This document shows, piece by piece, positions 12,861-28,599 of a stretch of 64,000 nucleotides of DNA. A program made the position numbers and the translations under genes. The DNA is taken from the NCBI RefSeq assembly GCF_009914755.1, contig NC_060929.1; one strand, 5' to 3'. The notes below the pieces were generated by a model. That model did no database searches. It was not told the origin of the DNA and saw only the letters and a list, made by a program, of their open reading frames with translations. This stretch comes from the human T2T-CHM13v2.0 reference genome, Homo sapiens. Numbering within the stretch: the stretch's first letter is position 1; each line of letters opens with the position of its first letter.

Positions 12861-14964
12861 TACATAGTTGCATTAAATTCACTGTGCAACTGATAGTTAC
12901 ATCAAACCTAACCTTCCAAAAATGTTTCTCTTTTATTCTGTCCCACCAGCATGACTGCTATTATTGCTCACCTAATGGCTCTATATTCTTTCTAAAAGTT
13001 TAATTGTTAATAATCATGGAAAATATCATTTCCAAATATCTAAACTACTTGTTTAGTATTGCACATATTTATTTTTATAAATCATTTAAAATATAGTGTG
13101 CCACATACTGGAACCCAAAATCCTCACCCAACAATGTGAGAGCAGAGTCAGCTACCTTTTGTTTTTCTATACAATTATAGGTTTTTTTCCCCCTGAACTT
13201 CAGCCTACTTGTAATTATATTATTTTACACTGCCAAAAGCCTCCATGCTTCCTTTTCTAATGTGCCAAGGTCACTTTCTCAATTATTTTCCGTTCTCAGT
13301 GGGTCACGATTTAGTAAGCACTACTCGTATCATATGCAACTAAAGTAATAGAAGGCCTAAATCCCCATATGATTTAATTATATAAAAATTTGGCTAGCTA
13401 TTATGCTAAATTTGCCCTTTGACCTGAAGAAAACATTTCTAAGATATTTTGTTCACTGAGAACGATAAATGTGATGCATCAAAAGTTTCTTAACTAATTG
13501 AGAAATGCTTGAATGATCTTGTCTATTTGACCGCTACCTACTGGGACACATTTTACTAATGATGTGAAAGAAACTTTGGAATCTCATCAGTAAGGTGGAA
13601 TATTTTTAAGTAAGAGAATTAAGATTAAAGGATAGTATTATTGAAATGAACTTCAAAAAAGGAAGAACACCAAAAACATGATAAAAGATTTAAGCAAATA
13701 TATATATTTAAAACAGAAAGATAACATTCATTTTATTAGGCAATATTTTTGAGGGGTATAAAATATCTAGTCTGAAGCTAAAGGAAGATAGACTATTGTA
13801 TTATTTTGTTTTCATCTAAGCATTAAAGCATACATAGTATGAATAGATAATGGATGTACTCCTGCTTGGTGGTTGGGAAGATGGAAGATTTTGATGTAAT
13901 GAGGTATAATGTAAGTTTGTAAACCATATCATTTCAGTCATTTCCACAAAACCCACTCTTAGCAAGGATTCATGCTATCATTTCTATTTGGGGCTCAGTG
14001 AGATGTGGAAGACCTAGGTTTTATAAGATGCATAGTTAGTTCAAAAGGCTGCACTATGATATTAATGATAGCAGGGGCTATTTATCTTCCAATAGAGAAC
14101 TCTGATCCATGAGTAAAATGCACTCCTGACCTTGGCTAGCTATCTTACAGTGTCTGGTCATAATTACAATCGAGCCCTTGAGTTAAAGTAGTGACTCAAT
14201 GAACTCATTAGGAAACTAGTAAAACCACTCCAAAAGCAAAGCCTGCTAGCAGTTTTTATTAGCATTATGAAATGTAGTAAAACTATATGTTGATTTAATT
14301 TTATTTGCAAAGGGTAGCAGAGATGAAGAGAAAACACCCAAAACTTTCCAGTAATGTTAGTAGCATAATAGTCAAATAGAGAATATTTGTGTACATAAAG
14401 AAGCAAAAAATAACTAAAATTAACAGATAATCTCCAAAATTTTATGATCCAATCTTCTTTCAGTGAGTCCTCACAAAGGAGGTAACTGCTGTGGTAGAGA
14501 GGAAGGGCACTCTCCCAGTCAAGTGAGGAAAGGCACCAAGAAAAGCACTCTTAAAGACAGAAGATACCTAGTAGAATGGGCATTGGATCTTGTTCTTTTG
14601 TTAGATGTCTGACTGCACATGGACTCTCTTGGTGCCATGCTGAGAGTGTAACCAAATGAGGAGTCTTTTTGAAGAATTTGAATGTGATTTTTGAGGCATG
14701 AATGAGTATAAAAATAAGAAATGCAGAGGATTGATGAAGCACTTGAGACGGCAAGGAGAAGCGGGAAGTTTTGCATCACACTGCCACCCAAGTAAGAAGA
14801 ACTTCAAGCAAATAATCCATAGAAATTAGAAGTGCATTCAGGAAAGGGAGACTTTAATCTCATTTTTAGTTGGGATATCAGTTTGCAAAAGGAGATTGCT
14901 AATATACTCTACTTTTTTAGCAGGGGTAAAGACAGTGCAGAATGTTTTCACGGTAGAGAGAACA

Positions 14965-15395
14965 AGTTTTGCAGGTTGAATCTCTTCAGAAATAGTCTCT
15001 AAGATGCAGATTAGAATGCAGGTCATTTATTAGGGGATCTTCTTGAGAGTAATACCTGTGGAAGAGAAAGGAAGGAAGCAGTATTGGATACAGGAGGGGA
15101 TGGCCAGTGCTGCAAACCCAACAAAAGCCTCAATTCAAGTTGGAAAATCTCATCAGATTTGTCCTGAGTTGCATTGAAGAGATTGAGTCTTTATACCTCT
15201 GCACTATTAGTCACTGGGCAGAATGGTCCCGGAAATAGATGAGATATTGAGCAAGACAATTTTTTATTGGATGAGTTAATCCCTAAAGACAGCTGACAAC
15301 TGAGGGCTGTCTCTAGCTTCACTTCCACTAGCAGAGAATAATAAGTTGTTGATTCAATACATGAGATGTTATAGCATATTGTGGTGTCCACCACA
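14965..15395 (-). mobile_element. Old ERVL LTR, LTR16-like
   Basis: Resembles the recalled LTR16 reverse strand (gacagctgacaactgagggctgtct, ctttatacctc) and ends ccaccaca, which is a TG start on the minus strand. Confidence 0.55.
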
Positions 15396-18300
15396 AGAGC
15401 TTTCCTTCTTGAAAGTCTTCAAAGCTATAGAGGGGTGTGGAAGTTAAGAGCCCAAGATGAGGTAGACTGGCAGGCTGGAGACTCAGGAAAAGTTTTAGTT
15501 CAAGGCCAAGGGATATATTCTGGTAGAATTCCTTCTCGCTCAAGGAAAATTACTGACTAGGCATGCTGCTTCTGTTATCCAGACACATTTGCCTAATGTT
15601 TCATGTATATACAAACTGCACAGTTCCAATATGTTGACACCAGTTTAATGAGATGGTACTCGTTAGGGCCTCAGCAGCTCTCATGTGCAGGCATTGATAG
15701 GTGCTGTTGCCAAAAGTGGGAATTAGAGCCCTAATTCGCTCACATGCATGCACACACACATACACAGGGTGGGTTTGTGGACTGGAGGCAGATTGTGAGT
15801 TTACTGAGTGTCATTGACTGGCTCCTTTGCTTGGGCTGGTGGAGTGAGCCCTGCTAGGTCTGAAGTGTGAGAATGAGTTTGGTCCCACCTCTGCTTACCT
15901 GGCCTTGGCACCAGGGCCACCCCACCCTTCCCATACTAGGACCTTGGTGCAGCAGCAGTTGCTTTACTCCTTGCCCAGGCATTTCTGCAAAGGCCTGGAG
16001 ACTTCTCCACTTATTTGTCAGGGCTGGTGCTTGTGCCCACCACTGGGGGACCTGAGTGCTGCTTTGACCTGTCCAGCTCTGCCCAACTTTGCCCCCTCCC
16101 TGAGGCTGAGCGCAGGACTCAGACAATTGAGTGTTCTATGGCCCAGCCCATAGCCCGGGGCACCTGAGTACTTATCTTGGTTAACAAAAACCAAGTATAA
16201 ACAGTACTGCCTCCATTGTAGCTGGCTCTTACCTACAAGTACCACCCACTGGACTGGAAGTTGACCTAAATATCCCATTACACTACTGGCTGACAAAAGA
16301 GCAAAGCACTTGGGAATGAGATAAGAATTACCTTACGAACTTTGTTACATAGCTCACACCACCCTGGTTACTCAGGAAGTCATGAGATCACTCATCTGTC
16401 TGGTACATCACTACTACAACTGGCATTTGAGAACACCACCACACTAAGGCTATTTATAACCAAGGAAATCATACAGAGTTGTCAACACTGAACACATCCA
16501 GAAGCAAAGCCAAATGATTATACTCAACATAATCATTATGATGTCACAATTTCAAGCAAAAAAGTCCCATCTCAATGAGAGTAAATTTAAAAATAAGAAA
16601 TAACTGTTTCTTCAGATGCAAAAAAATCAGCACAATAGTACAAGAAGTATGGAAGAGCAAGGTATTGTGACACCTCCAAAGGAACACAGTAGTTCTCTAG
16701 TAATGGATACTAATAAGAAAGAAACATTCAAAATTCTAAATAATCCAAAGTATTGATTTTTAAAGAGGACCAATAAGATGCAAGAGAAATCTGAAAATAA
16801 TATAAGGAAATCAGATATAACAATTCAGGATATAAATGAGAAGTTTACCAAGAATATTTTATAAAAAACCAAGCAGAACTTTTGGAAATAAAAGATTCAT
16901 TGAAAGAATTACTAAATATACATGAAAGCTTTAACAGACTAGACCAAGCAGAAGAATGAATCTCAGAACTTGAAGACAGGTCTTTTGAGCTAATCTAGCT
17001 AGACAAAAACAAATAAAAAATAAAAAAGAATGAACAAAATCTTCAAGAAGTATGGGATTACATAAAGCAACCAAACATAAACAATCAGTATTCCTAAAGA
17101 AGAAAAAAAGTAAAAAGTTTAGAAAAGTTATTTAAGGAAATAATTGATGAAAACTTCGCTAGCTTAGCAAGATACTTGGGTATCCACACACAGGAGGACC
17201 GACAGTCACCAAGAAAATGCATTGCAAAACATACTTCAGCATGCCATATAGTCATCAGATTGTCTAAAGTCAATGGGAAGGAAAAAATTCTAAAATTAAC
17301 AAAAGAAAAATATCAAGTCATCAATAAAGAAAACCCCATCAGACTAATGATGAACTTCTTAGCAGAAACCTCACAAGCTTGAAGAGAATGATATTCTATT
17401 TTCAAAGTGCTAAAAGAAAATATCTTTTAGCCTAGAATTTTGTATCCCGTTAAACTATACTTCATAAATGAAGGAGAAATAGTCTTTCCCTGACAAGTAA
17501 ACACTGAGGAAATTTGTAACCACTATACTAGCCCTACAATAAATGTTCAAAGGAGTTCTAAACATAAAACAAAAGATTGATATTTTCCTTCATAAAAACA
17601 TATGAAAGAATAAAACCCACAGGTTTTATAAAACAATTTCACAAAGGAGGAAGAGAAGCCAAATGACAACATGACAAAAATCCACAAAGAAAAACAACTA
17701 GAGAAATAAAGAAGAAACAAATATGTATAAAACAACAAACAACAATATGACAGGAACAAACCCCACATATCAATATTAACCTTCAATGTAATTGGATTAA
17801 ATGCTCCACTTAAAAGATATAGATTGGCAAAATATATAAAAAACAGAATCCAACCAAGTGCTGCTTATAGGAAACTCACCTGTAAAGACACATATAGACT
17901 CAAAGTGAACAGGCAGAAAAAGATATTCCATTGCAAATGGAAATGAAAAGCAACTAGGAGTTGTCATGCTTATATAAGATAAAACAGACTTTAAATCAAA
18001 GACAGTCATAATAGACAAAGAAGGTAACTGTATAATGATAAAGAGATCAATTAAGCAAAATGGTATGAAAATCCTAAAACTATATATGCCCAACACCTGA
18101 GCACCTATATTCATAAAACAAATATTATTAGACCTAAAAAAGACGTAACAATATAATAATAGTGGGGGACTTTAATACCCTACTCACAGCACTAGAGAGA
18201 TCACTGAGATAGAAAATTTAACAAAGAAATATTAGACTTGAATTAGTCTTTAGACCAAATGGACCTAACAGACATTTATAGAACAGTCTACCCAGAAACT

Positions 18301-19458
18301 ACAGAATATGCATTCATGTCATCAACACATGAAACATTCTTCAAGGTAGACTATATATTAGGCCACAAAACAAGTCTCAATAGACTTAAAATGAAAATCA
18401 TATCAAGTATCTTCTCAGGTCACAGTGGAATAAAGCTAGAAATCAATTCCAAAAGAAACTTTGGAAACAATACAAATACATGGAAATTAAATAACATCCT
18501 CATGAATCATCTTTGGATCAATTATCATATTAAGACAGAACTTTAAACAATTTTTGAAATGAATGAAAATTGAAACTATGTACCTAAACCTCTGAGATAG
18601 AGCAAAAGCAGTAACAAGAGGGCAGTTTATAGCATTAAATACATACATTAAAAAAATAGAAAGATCACAAGTTAACAACCTATCATCACTCCTGAAGGAA
18701 CTAGTAAAACAAACAAACAAAAAAATGAAACCCAAAGCTAGCAGAAGAAAATAAATAAAAAAATCAAAGCAGAGCTAAATGAAATAAAGACCAAAAAATC
18801 CAATATAAAGGATGAACAAAATGAAAAGCTGGTTCTTCAAAAGATAAACAAAATTGATTAACTGCTGACTAGACTAACCAAAGAAAAGAGGAGAGAAGAT
18901 CCAGATAAACACAATCAGAAATGAAAAAGGAGATGCTACAACTGGTATGGCAGAAATGCAAAAGATCATCAGAGACTATTATGAACAACCATATACTAAC
19001 AAACTAGCAAACCTAGACAAAATGAATAAATTCTTAGAAATATAAGCCTTCCAAGAGTGAGCCAGGAAGAAATAGAAATCCTAACAAGACCAGTAACCAA
19101 TAGTGAGATTGAATCAATAATAAAAATCTACCCCTCCCCAATCCCCCAAAAGCCTGGACCAGATGGGTTCACAGTTGACTTCTACTGAACATACAAATAA
19201 CTGGTACCAATCCTAAAACTATTCCTAAAAACTGAGGAGAAGAAATGTCTCCCTATATCACTTTTGAAACCAGTGTCACCCTGATAACCAAACCAGTCAG
19301 AGACACAACAACAACAAAAAACTACACACGAATATCCCAAATAAACATAGATGCAAAAATCCTCAACAAAATACTAGCAAACCAAATCCAATAGCACATC
19401 AAAAATATAATCAACAATGACAAACTGGAATGTACTCCTGGAATGAAAGGATGGTTCA

Positions 19459-19772
<314 letters not shown>

Positions 19773-20791
19773 TCAATAAATGTAATTCATCACATAAACA
19801 CAAGTAAGGACAAAAGCCATGTACTCAATAGATGCAGGAAAAGCATTTGATAAAATTCACCATCTCTTCCTGATAAAAACCCTCAACAATCTAGGCATAG
19901 AAGGGCATAGCTCAAAATAATGAGTCATATATAACAAACTCAAAGCGAACATTACAGTGAATGGGGGGAAAGTTGAAAGCATCACTCTTAAGACCTGGAA
20001 CAAGACAAGAATGCCATTCTCACCACTGCTATTCAACATAGTACTAGAAGTCTTAGCCAGAGCTATCAGACAAGAGAAAGAAATAAAGGCATCCAAAGTG
20101 GAAAACAGGAAGTCAAATTTTCTGTTTGCAGAGGATATAATCTTACATCTAGAAAACCATGAAAACTCCATCAAAAACTGCTTAGACTTGTTAAATAAAT
20201 TCCATAAAGTTTCAGGACACATTATCAATGTATAAAAATCAGTAGTATTTCTATACACTCATAATAATCAAGCAGAGAACCAAAGCAAGGACTTAATCCC
20301 ATTTACAATAATAAAATGACTTAGGAATAAATTTAAATGATTTGGGGATGAATTTAAACAAGGAGATGAAAGATTTCTACAAGAAAGACTACAAATTGAA
20401 AATCATTGTAGATGACAGAAACAAATGAAAAACGTCCCACACTCATGGATCAGGAAAATTATTATTGTTAAAATGACCATAATACCAAAAACAATATACA
20501 AATTCAATGCAATCCCTATTAAAATAGCAGCATAATTTTTCTCTGAAGTAGAAAAAAAAATTTCTATTTTATTTTATTTTATTATTATTATACTTTAAAT
20601 TTTAGGGTACATGTGCACAACGTGCAGGTTAGTTACATATGTATACAAGTGCCATGCTGGTGTGCTGCACCCATTAACTTGTCATTTAGCATTAGGTATA
20701 TCTCCTAATGCTATCCCTCCCCTCTCCCCCCACCCCACAACAGTCCCCAGAGTGTGATGTTCCCCTTCCTGTGACCATGTGTTCTCATTGT

Positions 20792-24617
<3,826 letters not shown>

Positions 24618-24680
24618 TATGATGTTAGCTGGTTATTTTGCTCGTTAGTTGATGCCATTTCTTCCTAGCCTCGATGGTCT

Positions 24681-25697
24681 TTACAATTTGGCATGATTTT
24701 GCAGTGGCTGGTACTGGTTGTTCCTTTCCATGTTTAGTGCTTCCTTCAGGAGCTCTTTTAGGGCAGGTCTGGTGGTGACAAAATCTCTCAGCCTTTGCTT
24801 GTCTGTAAAGTATTTTATTTCTCCTTCACTTATGAAGCTTAGTTTGGCTGGATATGAAATTCTGGGTTGAAAATTCTTTTCTTTAAGAATGTTGAATATT
24901 GGTCCCCACTCTCTTCTGGCTTGTAGAGTTTCTGCCAAGAGATCAGCTGTTAGTCTGATGGGCTTCCCTTTGTGGGTAACCCGACCTTTCTCTCTGGCTG
25001 CCCTGAACATTTTTTCCTTCATTTCAACTTTGGTGAATCTGACAATTATGTGTCTTGGAGTTGCTCTTCTCGAGGAGTATCTTTGTGGCGTTCTCTGTAT
25101 TTCCTGAATCTGAATGTTGGCCTGCCTTGCTAGATTGGGAAAGTTCTCCTGGATAATATCCTGAAGAGTGTTTTCCAACTTGGTTCCATTCTCCCCGTCA
25201 CTTTCAGGTACACCAATCAGATGTAGATTTGGTCTTTTCACATAGTCCCATATTTCTTGGAGGCTTTGTTCATTTCTTTTTATTCTTTTTTCTCTAAACT
25301 TCCCTTCTCGCTTCATTTCATTCACTTCATCTTCCATCACTGATACCCTTTCTTCCAGTTGATCGCATCGGCTCCTGCGGCTTCTGCATTCTTCACGTAG
25401 TTCTCGAGCCTTGGCTTTCAGCTCCATCAGCTCCTTTAAGCACTTCTCTGTATTGCTTATTCTAGTTATACATTCGTCTAAATTTTTTTCAAAGTTTTTA
25501 ACTTCTTTGCCTTTGGTTTGAATTTCCTCCCGTAGCTCAGAGTAGTTTGATTGTCTGAAGACTTCTTTTCTCAACTTGTCAAAGTCATTCTCCATCCAGC
25601 TTTGTTCCATTGCTGGTGAGGAACTGCATTCCTTTGGAGGAGGATAGGCGCTCTGCTTTTTAGAGTTTCCAGTTTTTCTGCTCTGTTTTTTCCCCAT
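24681..25697 (-). CDS. ORF1: LINE-1 ORF1p, RNA-binding chaperone (coiled coil, RRM, CTD), intact 338 aa
   Basis: Open frame MGKKQSRKTGNSK...QNHAKL of canonical length, with conserved REKG, ARR and YPAKLS motifs. Confidence 0.93.
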   Translation of the reverse strand: MGKKQSRKTGNSKKQSAYPPPKECSSSPAMEQSWMENDFDKLRKEVFRQSNYSELREEIQTKGKEVKNFEKNLDECITRISNTEKCLKELMELKAKARELREECRSRRSRCDQLEERVSVMEDEVNEMKREGKFREKRIKRNEQSLQEIWDYVKRPNLHLIGVPESDGENGTKLENTLQDIIQENFPNLARQANIQIQEIQRTPQRYSSRRATPRHIIVRFTKVEMKEKMFRAAREKGRVTHKGKPIRLTADLLAETLQARREWGPIFNILKEKNFQPRISYPAKLSFISEGEIKYFTDKQRLRDFVTTRPALKELLKEALNMERNNQYQPLQNHAKL

Positions 25698-26725
25698 CTT
25701 TGTGGTTTTATCTACTTTTGGTCTTTGATGATGGTGATGTACAGATGGGTTTTTGTTGTGGCTGTCCTTTCTGTTTGTTAGTTTTCCTTCTCACAGACAG
25801 GACCCTCAGCTGCAGGTCTGTTGGAGTTTGCTAGAGGTCCACTCCAGACTGTGTTTGCCTGGGTATCAGCAGCAGTGGCTGCAGAACAGCGGATTTTGAT
25901 GAACCGCAAATGCTGCTGTCTGATCGTTCCTCTGAAAGTTTTGTCTCAGAGGAGTACCCGGCCGTGTGAGGTGTTAGTCTGCCCCTACTGGGGGGTGCCT
26001 CCCAGTTAGGCTCCTCAGGGGTCAGGGGTCAGGGACCCACTTGAGGACCAGTCTGCCCGTTCTCAGATCTCCATCTACATGCTGGGAGAACCACTGCTCT
26101 CTTCAAAGCTGTCAGACAGGGACATTTAAGTCTGCAGCGGTTACTGCTGTCTTTTTGTTAGTCTGTGCCCTGCCCCCAGAGGTGGAGCCTACAGAGGCAG
26201 GCAGGCCTCCTTGAGCTGTGGTGGTCTCCAGCCAGTTGGAGCTTCCCGGCTGCTTTGTTTACCTAAGCGAGCCTGGGCAATGGCGGGCGCCCCTCCCCCA
26301 GCCTCGCTGCCACCTTCCAGTTTGATCTCAGACTGCTGTGCTAGTAATCAGTGAGACTCTGTGGGCATAGGACCCTCTGAGCCATGTGCAGGATATAATC
26401 TCCTGGTGCGCCCTTTTTTAAGCCCGTCGGAAAAGCGCAGTATTAGGGTGGGAATGACCTGATTTTCCAGGTGCCGTCTGTCACCCATTTCTTTGACTAG
26501 GAAAGGGAACTCCCTGACCCCTTGTGCTTCCCGAGTGAGGCAATGCCTCGCCCTGCTTCGGCTCGTGCACGGTGCACTGCACCCACTGTCCTGTGCCCAC
26601 TGTCTGGCACTCCCTAGTGAGATGAACCCGGTACCTCAGATGGAAATGCAGAAATCACCTGTCTTCTGCGTTGCTCACGCTGGGAGCTGTAGACCGGAGC
26701 TGTTCCTGTTCGTCCACCTTGGCTC
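25698..26725 (-). promoter_or_regulatory. L1 5' UTR: internal sense promoter plus antisense promoter (the latter points along the + strand)
   Basis: CpG-richer ~1.03-kb segment upstream of ORF1 matching the L1PA 5' UTR. Promoter activity is known for the family and not shown for this copy. Confidence 0.8.
26280..26354 (+). pseudogene. ORF0: L1 ORF0, truncated at codon 25
   Basis: ATG at 26280 reads MAGAPPPASLPPSSLISDCCASNQ then TGA at 26352-26354, where the consensus has CGA. Confidence 0.85.
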
Positions 26726-27530
26726 AGAAAAAAACATTTCTAAAATTCATTTGGAACTAAAAAGGAGCCTGAATACTCAAACCAATCCTAAGCGAAAAGA
26801 GCAAAGCGAAAGGCATCACATTACCTGACTTTATGCTACAAGGCTAATAGGAATTAAAACAGCATGATTCTGGTATAAAAATGGATGCATAGTTATGTAG
26901 AATAGAATAGAGGACCCAGAAATAAATACACATATGCACACCAATTTTTTGCCAATATTGGAAAACCATACCTGGGGAAAGGACACCCTTTACAATAAAT
27001 GGTGCTGAGAAAATAGCTTTGCCATATGTAGAAGAATAGAAATGGGCTCCCATCTCTCACCATATACACATATTAGCTCAAGATGGAATAAAGAAACTGT
27101 AAAAATACTAGAAGAAAACCTAGGGAAAACTGTTTTGGACATTGATCTAGTCAAATAATTTATGACTAAGACTTCAAAAGCACAAGCAACACAACCAAAA
27201 TTGGACAAATGAATTAATTAAAAAGCTTCTGCACAGCAAAAGAAATATCAACAGAGTGAACTGACAACCTGTGGAATGGGAGAAAATATACGCAAAACAT
27301 GAAACTTAGAAGAGACTAGTAACAAGAATATACAAGAAACTGAAACAACTCAACAGTGATAACAAAAGCCAAATAAACACATTAAAAAGTTGTTAAAGCC
27401 ATAAATCGACACATTTTAAAAAAAAGACATACAAATGGCCAACAAGAGCACAAAAAAGTGCTTAACATCACTAATTTCCAGAGATATGCAAAATAAAACC
27501 AGAGTAAGATATCATCTGACACCAGTCAGA

Positions 27531-27653
27531 GAAATACCTAATGTAAATGATGAGTTAATGGGTGCAGCAAAGCAATATGGCACATGTATACATATGTAAC
27601 AAACCTGCACATTGTGCACATGTACCCTAGAACTTAAAGTATAATTTAAAAAA
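27531..27653 (+). mobile_element. ~120-bp 3' tail of a younger L1PA (L1PA5-7-like)
   Basis: gaaatacctaatgtaaatgatgagttaatgggtgcagc...gtaccctagaacttaaagtataat plus a short A run, interrupting the host L1 after accagtcaga. Confidence 0.9.
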
Positions 27654-27676
27654 GTCCTGGAAACAGAATAGCTATT

Positions 27677-28599
27677 TTTATTATTATTTTAATTTTTTTT
27701 TTTTGAGAAAACAAAGCCTTTATTTCAAAACCAGTCATTGTGGAGACAGAAGGCAGGTTCAAATCTGTCTGGGGCAAGTTTATGGGCTAAGAAAGCAAGG
27801 GAAATGGTTTATCAATGTCAACTTGGTTGGGTTGGATTAGAAGGCTTTAAATTTGCCTATTTATGGTGGGGTATATTGAAACAGATTTAAACTCTGGGTC
27901 TTCCAGGTCAACAGACACTTCTGAAAGAGTTCTAGTGTTTAGGTTCTGGTCATGTTCTAGTCTTCTTGGTTCCCAGGGTAGGAATATTTGGTTTTGGGTG
28001 TTGCTAGAGGTCAAAGCTTTTTCTGTTGCCCATGCCTGGACTACATGACTTGCAGTTTGGTGCTCTGTTATATCTATAAGGCAAGTTAACAGTTTGTTAA
28101 CAACAGAGCAAGGCACAGTTTGGGCTGGTCCTGCATTTACAATAACATGAATATCAAAAAAATAACACTGAGTGAAAAAAATCAGGTGTAAACGAATACA
28201 CACCGAATGATTCTATGTATATAAAGTTCAACGTAGGCCGATTTACAATGACAAATATTAGAATAGTAATTATCTCTGGAAGCGGAAGGCTACAAAGGGC
28301 TTTCTGAGATGGGGGAAATGTCCTTTTTTTTAATCTGAGTTGTAGTTAAAGAAGTGTATTCACATTAAAGATTCGTTCAACTTAAGATTTGTATATGTAT
28401 TTAATGTAAGTTATATCTCAGTTTTAAAAAACGCACTTTAAAAAAGTCCTCAGCTGTGAAAATTAATGAACTACTACCACACTTACAGTAGGGATAAATT
28501 TTAGAAACACAATATTAAGTGAAAAAAGCAAGCCTCATATATCTGCAATGCAATAAAAAAACAAAGCTAAATAAAATATTATTTATTCACACATACAGA
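27677..28599 (-). other. Processed retrocopy of a non-coding transcript 3' end (L1ME-like relics, then LTR U3-R, then poly(A))
   Basis: T-rich tail 27677-27704, minus-strand AATAAA at 27719-27724, diverged TSD CAGAATAGCTATT (27664-27676) / CAGAACGTCTATT (28600-28612). Confidence 0.75.
27705..28141 (-). mobile_element. ERV1 LTR, LTR45-like: U3-R only, U5 replaced by poly(A)
   Basis: Minus strand starts TGTAAATGCAGGACCAGCCCAAACTG and ends GAAATAAAGGCTTTGTTTTCTC followed by poly(A), matching my recollection of the LTR45 consensus. Confidence 0.75.

Noticed and set aside
20714-20748. G-quadruplex-forming tract on the minus strand
   Set aside because: Real but a standard feature of L1PA 3' UTRs.
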